Below, in pieces: positions 53,711-64,000 of a DNA stretch of 64,000 nt (positions within the stretch are counted from its first letter, which is position 1; each line of letters opens with the position of its first letter). The notes beneath the pieces were generated by a model that was not told the origin of the DNA, searched no databases, and saw only the letters and a program-made list of their open reading frames with translations. The position numbers were made by a program, and so were the translations under genes. Where the stretch lies: the NCBI RefSeq assembly GCF_037042905.1, contig NC_087245.1, forward strand, positions 42,410,001 through 42,474,000. Direction: 5' to 3'. Source of the DNA: Lytechinus pictus. Lineage: Eukaryota.

Positions 53711-54682
53711 GGTAGCCCCGTCAGAAGTCTTGCACTGTTTTCCAGGGGGCCCTATAAACAAATATTTTACAATATAACAAACAAATTACATAAGGAAATA
53801 ACAAACAGAACATCCAAAATAATCGTAGGTAAATACATGGAAAAAGATGATAGTATATAAGTACAATTGAGGAAATATCGATAATTCGTCTAGATTTCAA
53901 TCAGCATTACAACAAAATGAAATTCAAATACAGTTATAAAAATAAAAACATACCCGGTGTTGCACCACAAATTGTCATCTAATTTAGGCGAAAATTTGTC
54001 CCCCAATTTCATTTAACACTTAACTTAATACTTGTGTCCATGAACATTCACAAACACACAAACGCCCACACACAACAAACAAAATAGGCAATGTAGAGTT
54101 CATAAGAAACTGTGTATATTTCTCTGGGTGTGAGTGTGTGTGTGTGTTGATTAGCAACACTTTAAAAGAAACTGATGATGGTATCTCACGTTTGAAATGG
54201 ATTTGGACTACTTTTAAACGGTTTTGAGACGATTTTGAAACTTGTCACAGAGACGTCTTTTGAGGCCCCACGATGTATCATAAGTCTCGGGAATCTGAAA
54301 ACCGTCTCAAAATATTCCCAAATCCGTCCCATAGACGTGTGCAATATTTTTTTACCGTCATGAATACGATACTTTTCGTTTCCCGTCGCAAAGTATTTTT
54401 TTCCGTCACGAAGACGTCTTTGCGATGGATTTGGGAATACTTTGAGACTGTTTTGACTTTTAAGACGATGTCGCGGCGACGCACAGTGGGCCAGAATGAG
54501 TTGAAAGTGCGCCAAAATTATATTTCGTGTTAGATTTTTACTTAAACATCATGACTATGGATAATTTTGGGCGTAGAATCGACTGAAAATAATTTAAAGC
54601 CGATATGACGTCCCTTTGATACCAAATTTTGATTGGCCACTTAAAACCTAGATGTGAAAAGACAAATTACGCTAAACAGTTA

Positions 54683-56855
54683 CAGTTGTGCTCAGAAGTA
54701 TTCATACCCCTAGGAAAATACGTGTTTTTTGCATTTTTCATAAAAATAAAAGCTGAACTTGGATAACTTGCATAGTAGTTATATACTAATAGACATTATC
54801 TACAAAATCATGCTGATTTTATTTTCATCTCATTTGCATAATAATAGAGAAGATGACTTTTCCGAATTTTCTGATGTTCAAAAGTATTCATACCCCTGTC
54901 TTTCTCAAGTATAAGACACCATATTTTTCATACTTCAAATATTTTACTACCCCCATATGGTTTCAAACTGGACCCTATAATGCCAGACATGAATACAAAA
55001 GAATTTAAGCCATGTTGCATGGTATCCAGGAAGAGGAAGTTCCTTAGATCTCAGAAATCTTCCCTTTACTGAGGTTTGTCCAGATGTTAGTTGCCATGTT
55101 GATGAAATTGATTAAAAATCAATTCAATTCAAGATTGGGGGATGGGGCGTTTTGCCTTTTTGAAATGAAATTTTGTTAAGAAAAACATAGTCTTTGATTT
55201 CCAGAAACATCAATGGTTCTATAAACTGAGAACCAGTGGCAAGATCTTTGTCAGTTCATCGGAATCGGCTTAAACTTCATCATGGTCAAGCGAAAGGAAC
55301 TTAGTGACGATCTGAGATCACGAATAGTGAATGCTCACAAAGATGGTTTGGGCTACAAGGCAATATCCAAGCGTTTTGAGGTTCATGTGGCTACTGTCCA
55401 GAGCATCATAAGGAAGTTCAAGACTTTCAACAAAGTGGAGAACCTTAAAAGACCTGGACGGAAGCCCAAAGTCTCTGCAAGGCAAGCGAGATGTTTAGTT
55501 CGAGCTGCTGCTGTCAACCCCAGAATCACCAAAAAGGAGATGCTGAAAGATCTCAATGGCCAAGGGACCAAGATCTCGAGGCAAACCATCCAGAGGACCT
55601 TGAATAAGGCAGGATTAAATGGTCGACGGCCACGGAACACTCCACTCCTAAAACCCAACCACACAAGATCACGTTTGGACTTTGCCAGAAGACGTCAGGG
55701 AAAGGATGAAACGTTTTGGAGGTCTGTTTTTTGGTCTGATGAAATGAAGATGGACTTTCCGGACACAGAGATGTCGCCTACGTCTGGAGGAAGAAAGGGG
55801 AAGCCTTCAACCCAAAGAACACAGTGCCCACAATAAAACATGGTGGAGGGAGCATAATGCTTTGGGGTTGTTTTTCAGGAAGTGGGACAGGGAATCTTGT
55901 TAAGGTGAGTTTACAACATTATCAATGCATCAATTCTTTTTTATTTCTTTTTCCAAGTAGTGAAATTATTTTATTGAATAAGAATAATACAGACTTTCTT
56001 ATCTTTGAGTATATATTTAACTTACACCAAAATTTGAGTCAAATGAATTGACAGTTCTTATTTTAGGTAAATTACGACATTCCTGGTTAAGTACTAAGTC
56101 ACATGCCAATTACCTTGTATGCTTAGTTCTACATTGAAATGCCCATATGAATGTTTTTCCTAGTGTCTTTGGAGTTTTTTAAGCCATGTTGAAGTAAAAT
56201 TAAAACATCTTTTTTTTTTTTAATAGGTCAATGGCATCATGAAGAAGGAGCAGTACCTCGAAATCCTGCAAGAGAACATGAAAGAGTCTGCCGAAGCACT
56301 TCAACTTGGCCCCAATTGGATCTTCAAACAGGACAACGATCCAAAGCACACTGCCAAGAAGGTCAAAACATGGTTTCAGGAGCATGCAGTCAACGTTCTG
56401 GAGTGGCCGAGCCAAAGTCCTGACTTGAACCCAATCGAAAACCTTTGGGAAGAGCTCAAGGTGAAGGTCGACACAAGGAAGCCCAGCAACCTGAAGGACT
56501 TGGAGAGGATTGCAAAGGAGGAATGGGCCAAAATCCCTGTAGAGACATGCAAGAACTTAGTAACAAACTATATGAGACGTCTGGAGGCAGTCATTGCAAA
56601 TAAAGGCTATTCAATTGATTATTAACTTGTGGTTCATGACAGGGGTATGAATACTTTTGGACATCAGAAAATCCAGGAAAGTTATCTATTCTTTTGATAT
56701 GCGAATGAGGTGAAAAAAAAAATGGCATGCTTTTGTACATGATGCCTAAATGTATTTGACTAATTTGTAACTGACTCCATTTCTACTCTTATTTTTCTTA
56801 AAAATGCAAAAAACTGTGATTTTCCAAGGGGTATGAATACTTCTGAGCACAACTG
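54683..56855 (+). mobile_element. IR/DR-type Tc1 transposon (2173 bp) nested in the Transib element
   Basis: TA|CAGTTGTGCTCAGAAGTATTCATACCCC ... GGGGTATGAATACTTCTGAGCACAACTG|TA; ~215-bp TIRs, each with two AAGTATTCATACCCC direct repeats. Confidence 0.95.
55282..56625 (+). pseudogene. Tc1 DD34E transposase, two exons (55282-55904, 56227-56625), one 1-bp frameshift near 55754
   Basis: Paired-like HTH with [29 protein letters not shown]...SPDLNPIE (34 residues between D and E); GT-AG intron 55905-56226; repaired product is 340 aa. Confidence 0.93.
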
Positions 56856-59800
56856 TATGTGCTACTTTAAGATTGACCAGAGTGAATGTTGGTTTATGCT
56901 TCTCACATGCCTAAAAAGTGTTTGAGATGCCGAAAATAATTTTATGGCATCAAAATTATCATTATTTAGATTTATATAAAAAAATCTGGAAAATATCAAC
57001 CGTGCTTTATCAAGCTGTGTTGACTTGTGTAAAACGCAGAGTATATAACACCACGAATGTATCACTAGGAAGAGTGTTTTTTGGCTGAAATTATTCTACA
57101 AGTAAGTTTTATCTCTGAAAGAGGTGTTGGAATAGCCCTTATTTGCGTGAGCAACCTTTATTTTGTTTACATTATGCCCGGAATTCATGTCATTTTCATG
57201 GAATGGAAGGGGAATCGTCCTAGCCGTGCTAAAGCGAACGGCAATGTGCACCCATCAGGCCCCCGAAGCTCCGCCATTTTGTCGGAGACATTTGGGCAAA
57301 TCCTAAGCCCCTATTTGCATATGCATGAATAATTCATCAGTTCGCTGCTCCACACATCCTAATAGATTCTTTATATGACGAAGCAGAAAGTAGAGATCAG
57401 CGTCACGCATGCGCATTGAGCGAGGTCAACTTTGCGTTAATTATTCATGAAATTTAATATATTCATCACGTGATTAATCTACTGCTTACTACTATTGACC
57501 AATCAGCGTTCTTCACTACAATGAGTCATCATGCATGCATCGTTTTTCACAGCCTGACACTTCTTAATCTTGTTTAACCTGGAGATGGGGGGGGGGGGGG
57601 GGGGGTGAATCGGCTGATTTTTTATCTTCTCTTTAACATCGGTGTATAAAATGAAAAGGGAAGATATTTACGAACTAGTTTATTTCACAATAAGTTAACA
57701 ATACGCCAATATAAATAATAATGTATTTTAGTTTGAACATTTCACTTAGTAATAACTGGTTTTGTAATTTGGTTCTTTCATTAAAAAAAAATTACGATCT
57801 TTCTCTGCTGTTCTCCAGATCAGAATCACTAGATGCATGTTTCATGTAATTAGAAACTATCAATTTTCTGTAATTAATAGTGTTTTTTTACGCCAAGCCT
57901 TTCCAATTATATTGATAATGATCATTTAATTATATTTTGCAGGGGGTGGGTAATCTAATTTCTTTGTGTTCACTCTTTAAGAGCACAGATAAGTGACATG
58001 TCATTACCAAACCTCATCTTATTTAAGGCAGGGTGGATCTAGGATTTTTCCAAAGGGGGGGGGGGCACATTTTCCCAAGGAAAATTTGACTAGCAAAAAA
58101 AAAAGGGGGGGGGGGGTCTTCACTTTCAAAAGGGGGACACACTTCTGTTTTAACAGCATTTTATGTTACAATTTTTAATTGAGCCTCTCAAAGGGGGGGG
58201 GGGGCGCACTGGTCGGCTTTGCCCCCCCACTCTTTATAAATTGTTTCTCCCTCATTTATTCCAGCCTCCTCTCAAAATAAATAAAGAATAAAATGGCCCT
58301 TTACGTTTGCTCCCTGTTGGTAATTTGTCAATTGGCTTTGTCCACTCTCTTGTGCACCCATGCCCCTTCACATTGTCTATTCTTTTAATATCTGTTCAGC
58401 TCTCTCTTTGCCATATCGCACTCCCATTATTCAACCACACACACAACTCTTTCTCTTATATTTTCCACCTCTCATCTCTTCTTGCAATTCATTAAAAAGG
58501 GTCAACAGCAAACTTGAAATCACCCATGTATCTTTCTCATTAAAAAATATATATTTTCAGAAATTCTCTCTCACATCTACATAACAGCCATGGATCAAAA
58601 ATTATTTAAGGGGGGGGGGGCTTTTGCCCTCCCCCTTAAAGATCCTGGTTTTCAAAAGGATTATTTTTTATTTTTTTTTCAAATTTATTCATTTTTATAT
58701 CTTTATATATTCGTTATGTTTTATGTTTTTAATGGGGGGGGGGGTGATTTTTACAGGGAAAACCCGCAACTACCACCCCCTCCAAACTGGATCCATGGCT
58801 GCACAATGTAGGTCTCATTACTCTTAACTTTAACTTTATGCTGCTTGTTCACTATTGCTCGTCCATTAATTCTACTAGTACTTCCAGTCTCCTCAAATAA
58901 CTTGATTCACCTAAACTCTCGGCTTAAAAGAATCATAGAAGACTTGTTAATTTAGTGACAATGACAAAATTATCATTTCAATTCATTTATTCCAAATACA
59001 TAAATCAGGTAACAATTGTTTTCCTCTTGAGTTTAAAGATCAACTTTTGATCAGATCTCATTCCTATCTTCTTAAGATGAAATGTTGTGAAAGAGACTAC
59101 TGTCCTCAGTCTTCTCACAAACACAGATGTAATGTGACACCCCCCCCCGAATTCATTCATCATTTTTGTTTAAAATTCTTCATTGTCAAAATTGTTACAC
59201 AATTTCATGTACATATTATAGTGCTGAATTATCATATTTATTCATCATTCCTGTTATGTCATTGAATTTATTATTCTAAGTATTATTATCATAAAACATC
59301 ATCATTATCTACATCCATATTTGTAAAAACTACTGCTACAATCAGCAAGGATGATTACCCCTAAAATAACCCTATCCCTCTTAAATTGTTTGTGGGTTTT
59401 GTTTGGTCAGTGGTGAGGGGGTAAGGGGTTACAATACTGTATTGTAAATACATGCAGTAATTCAGTTTGATATAGGATGTTTGGCATATTGTCAATGCAT
59501 TATTCCCTAATTCTTCCACCAGAAAATTATTATTGGAATTAAAAAAACAAACCCTTAATTTGGTCTTGTAGTTCTTGAATCTCTAAAACAAAGAATGTGA
59601 AGCAGAGTCATGTTCCATGTCTGTTGGAAAAAAAAACACACACAAAAAGACAGAAATGTTAGCAATTCAATCAAGCCATCATCAAAATAAAAAGAAATAA
59701 AAAAAAATATATAAAAGCTTAATGAAATCACAAGCCGAATGAGTCGCCTTTACAAAATCTGGTGTGGATTGAAGAATTCATGAGTGGGTAGGAAGCAAAT

Positions 59801-61149
59801 AAATTGATTACAAATGACTTTCCACTTGCTTAGCCTATAGTATATTCTGATTTTCTTATTTAATTTTGACAAGCTAGATCTGCCGGTAGGTGATATTAAT
59901 TGTCCCGTGAAAATATGACAGGTGAAAATGAAAATAGAAAGCCTGTCAAAACGACTCCAGCCTAGTCTCTGAGTCGATTTTATTTTCATTTAGTCAATGA
60001 AACTTAGATCTTGGTCTCTAAAAGAGGATGTGAAGCAGTATCATGTTCTATGTCTGTTGATTAAAACAATACACACAGACAGAAATGTTAGCAATACAAG
60101 CTATTGTAAAAAAACACAGAACACTTGGACTATAACGTATATATCTAGATCTAGTCATAGACTCTGACGTACATAGATCTGGAATTAAATGTAAGTAGAT
60201 CTAGATCTACATCAAAAGTAGATCTAAATTTCATAATTGTTAAACCTACCATTCTGCAAACTTTCAAGTGTTAGATCTAGATTAAAGCTGTCTTGACCAA
60301 GGGTTTTTAAAATTGTTTCATGACATTTGCTCTGATGACAAGTGCTACGATGGAAAATCTGCACGTTAGGCCGAACAAAAACTAACCTACAAAATTAAAT
60401 AAACCCTTTGGCCATAACTTAAGACCCTGACTGAAATAATCTAGGCCTATATAGATTCTACAGCCACAGGTCGCTTTGACTTTGTTGTAGGCCTAGATCC
60501 AAGTCTAGTCTAGGTCTAGACTATAGACCTAAGCTAGATAGGATAGGAGGTAGAAATGTTTTCTTTTAGCTTTAGCCAAGACCTGTAATCAGATCTACCG
60601 ATGAATTAGGCCTAACTTAGATTAGATCTCTACTCCCCTCTACTCTCTAGATATAATTAATATGTTGCCGAGTCTGAGGCTGTCCGAAGTGACGACGTTC
60701 AGACCCCGGGGTAGGCCCTACGTCTAAGTTAGATTAACTTAGACTAGGTCTAGATCTAGATCAAGGCGGTAGGCCCACCTTTCAAGTTTAAAAAAATAAA
60801 AGAAAACATAAGAACTAGCCTAGTACTAGATCTAGTAGTACTAGTAGAAATAAGTTTGGGAAAAACATCTTTTTACAAAATAATCGAGGACTAGACTCTT
60901 GATCTAGTTTTTTACTACTATTACTACGAGGCTATACGGTCCTATTTTCTTGATATGTGAATTCAAAGGGAACGGGTTAATGTCTTTAATGGAGTTAACG
61001 GGTTAATGTCTTTCTAAATTCAATATGTCTAGCCTGCTAAACGTTATCTAGATTCTAGTTCTTTTCATGCCTGCCGAGATCTTCGGTAGGAATCGAAATT
61101 TCAGAGAAACTCTCGCCCGAAAGTCTGGCGTGAATTGAATATACGAGGT

Positions 61150-61510
61150 CTCAAATGGTAGCAGATGGAGATTTACATGTAATATAGCCGCCATTTTTAG
61201 CTCACGACGATGGAAATAGTTTTGAGTTTTTGCAAGTCGTTTGCTTCCTAATTGTTCACTTTTTATAAACAAAAATTAATTCATGTTATACCCAGACATC
61301 TAAAAATCCCATATAACGTCAGATCTTTTGATTTATTTTTGTAAATGAATTAAAATTCAGCGTTAATCTGACAGTACTCACCGAAAATCTTTCAAGGAAA
61401 TAACCTTCTTCCGTGCGGGTGACGTCACCTTTCAGCCCTTCATTAATTAAAGGTCAAATTATGACGTACGAATTTCAATAGAAAAATACATTATTCATGA
61501 GGTAATGTCC
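61150..61510 (-). promoter_or_regulatory. Promoter-like motif cluster inside the Transib element
   Basis: YY1-type CCGCCATTTT at 61188, palindromic CRE GTGACGTCAC at 61419-61428, additional TGACGT sites, CCAAT at ~61509. Motif evidence only. Confidence 0.35.
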
Positions 61511-62529
61511 AATCAAATCACAGTATCTTGTGAGTACGCAAAGAAAAAATAAATGATTCATTAGCAATATGCAAATGGGGGCTTAGGATTCGGTTCAAAT
61601 GTCTCGCAGGAGGTGTGGCCGAAAGTGGTAAAAAATACGCTTATCACCATGGAGCTTCTATGGAGTATCTGTACGTTATATGCAAATGTTATTTAAATGA
61701 GGCTTTTCCGCGGGTGCTACCTTTCCGTCTATACGTATTTATTTGTCTATGGCACCCATACGGTGCGCTACGATGACTGCGCGGTATAAAAATGACCGTT
61801 TTTGAACAGGTTTTTGGGGTGTTGTGTCAAGTAAAATCGGCTCTAACATGAAAACGGGCAAAAACGGGCAGCTAAATTTGGTATCGACTTAAAGCTTAGA
61901 CATCAGGAAAAATGATGCTTATAGAATTTAGACGAAAATCTACAGAAATCTAAACGTTTCTAATGTAAATGCAAAAAACATGAATTTTCAGCCTATTTCG
62001 AGAAATAATCATCCTATAAACCCGTGAAAGGTGTCTTTTGTCTACTTTAAACCCTTTCACACGAAAAAAGAATATATCAGCAATATGCAGGAGCCATTTC
62101 AGATTCCTACATGAAAAACCTCCTGTGAAATGGCCTGTTATTCAACTAAGCTGTCATTATACGCGACATTTCGCAAAATGTCACATTTTACGATTTGAGG
62201 TAGGAAATTAACAACCTTTATGCAAATTCCGGAATGAAATATTTTGCTGTAGCATTCTTCAAAGTGTTGTCTTTCAGCTGGGCATGACAAAAATTAAAAA
62301 TATGAAATTGCCCAAAATGACTTTTGGCGCACTTTTGTTTCTCCCCGGCCCACTGTGCGACGTCTCCTGAATCCACACGACATTTCGTGAGTCGAAATTC
62401 TCAACACCGTTTAAAACTAGTACCAAATCCGTCTCAGTGACGTCTATAATAATTTTTTTTTCATAGGGAATACGATACCTTTTCCGTCGCAGAGACGTAT
62501 ATGACCCCTTGGTCGCTCTCAGTAACAAA

Positions 62530-63060
62530 CTGGTATTAGACTCATGTGAGCATTACACGAAAATGCAATTAGACCATCTGGCTATTAGACGAAATGGTCA
62601 TTAAAATAGACCAAATGAGAATTTTACCAATTACATATTACACAAATTATTAGTAGACCAAACGGGCTAAGCCCATGTATTATTAGACAAACGGATAATT
62701 AGTCCTACTGTTAGACCAAGTAGATAAAAAAACGAATCTTCCACGGGCTCTACTGCTGATCTCTCTATTAGCTTCCCCCAGGTAAATTCCCAGTTGACTA
62801 ATGGCCGTTTAGCTTCATCCTATACATGGTCTAATTCCATTTCGTCTACAACCAGTTTACCTTTTGGTCTAATTGTCATTTTGCTTATTTACCATTTCGT
62901 CTAATTTCCATTTGGTCTAATATATAATTGGTCTAACACCACTTGGTCAATTCCTGTAAGATTGGAAATATTCATCTGGGATTTATTAGACGAAAAGGCG
63001 ATTAGACTATTTGGCTATTCGACAATTCGGCAATTATACAGAGTGGTCATGAGACCGAGA
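62530..63060. repeat. Degenerate ~15-bp modular repeat (TTAGACCAAATG-like) in both orientations; foldback-type remnant
   Basis: attagacc/ttagacg units at 62535-62720 and 62985-63010; inverted ggtctaa/cgtctaa units at 62825-62950. Confidence 0.55.
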
Positions 63061-63069
63061 AAATATTCG

Positions 63070-64000
63070 ACCTATACATTAGAAATTAATGGAGAAACAC
63101 TATGCACTGTTAGGGAAATGAAATATCTTGGTATTGTTTTCGCAAATAATGGATCACTTAAAGTGGCCGCAAGGGATTTAGCTGATAAAGCGAGAAGAGC
63201 ATTGTTCAAATTGTACAAATCTTTTGGTTCCTATACTCCTAGCACTAAAACCTTGTTGCATTTTTTCGATGCAACGATACAACCGATATTACTTTACGGA
63301 TCTGAAATTTGGGGTACTAATGTTATAGACATGGAAAAAAATCTACAATTAATGGATGGGAAAACAGGGCTATATTTTAAACACGAATCTGAAAAGGTGC
63401 ACATTCAATTTTGTAAATATATTCTTGGGGTAAACCGCAAATGCAGTAATTTAGCAGCGACAGCTGAAATCGGTAGATATCCAAAAGTCATCCAAATTGC
63501 CATAAATATACTAAAATATTGGATCCGAATACGTAATATGGACGAAGATAGTTTGGTTTACAAAGCTTTTGTAGAAAATGTAAGTCTATTGAATAACGGA
63601 AACAATTGCTGGCTTAAGACAATTCAGGATATTTTTAACATACTAGATATTTGTCGGAAAAATGACACTCCCATACTTGATCCAGAAAATATACCAATTT
63701 CCCAAAAAGAATTTATTACAATATGCAAAACATCATTGGAAAGAAGATTTGACGAACAATTTGAATTGGATTTATTTAACGACAGGGACACTAGGGAAGG
63801 AAATAAACTAAGAACTTTTAGGCAATTCAAATTCAATATAAGACAAGAAAATTATTTATATTCAATACACAATGTCAATTTGAGAAAAAATGTAACCAAG
63901 CTCCGACTGAGCGCTCATAATCTACCAATAGAAACAGGAAGGTACAAAAGACCGGAAAAGATACCACCTAACCTGAGATTTTGTGAAGATTGTAATTTGA
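63070..64000 (+). mobile_element. 5'-truncated non-LTR retrotransposon ORF2 C-terminus (RTE-X-like); the frame runs off the window and is absent from the ORF track
   Basis: Open frame: MKYLGIVF...QPILLYGSEIWG...EKVHIQFCKYILGV...AEIGRYP...KYWIR...KLRLSAHNLPIETGRY...RFCEDC (start of a zinc knuckle). Confidence 0.88.

Larger units (their letters stand above)
54482..62357. mobile_element. Transib/RAG-superfamily non-autonomous transposon (7876 bp) with RSS-like TIRs
   Basis: CGACG|CACAGTGGGCC ... GGCCCACTGTG|CGACG; perfect GC-rich 5-bp TSD; shared second TIR block AAAGTGCGCCAAAA; the flanks rejoin into one copy of a local ~230-bp repeat. Confidence 0.88.

Noticed and set aside
56858..62357. RAG1/RAG2 or Transib transposase coding sequence inside the RSS-ended element
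   Set aside because: No ORF over ~85 aa and no recognisable motifs by eye; short or decayed exons cannot be excluded without tblastn.

Overview
AT-rich, intron-rich, repeat-dense animal genomic DNA. The repeat landscape suggests an invertebrate deuterostome, probably a sea urchin (inference, not shown). Host genes, all on +: the last exon of an SLC16/MCT-like MFS transporter (394-563); a complete SLC20/PiT Na+-phosphate transporter gene with 10 coding exons (10594-22477, 554 aa by my splice reconstruction); and the first two coding exons of an unannotated gene (43177-43303, 52295-52409) whose frame ends in KVTIFGP, possibly just before a P-loop. Most of the rest is transposon-derived: three LINE fragments, tRNA-derived SINEs, many MITEs (Kolobok-like, hAT-like, Harbinger-like, CACTA-like, Tc1-like) and two ~6 kb foldback elements with 16-bp modular TIRs, often deeply nested. 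Three observations stand out. (1) A 7.9 kb Transib/RAG-type element (54482-62357) ends in exact V(D)J RSS heptamers CACAGTG, has nonamer-like A-tracts at 12- and 23-bp spacing, and has a perfect 5-bp TSD. (2) Nested inside it is a Sleeping-Beauty-like IR/DR Tc1 element whose DD34E transposase carries a spliceosomal intron. (3) Four copies (three in a 412-bp tandem array) of a fully base-paired 72-nt tRNA gene have a UCA (UGA-reading) anticodon, a short variable loop (not tRNA-Sec) and their own Pol III terminator. Family names come from terminal/TSD rules and remembered motifs; no database search was run.
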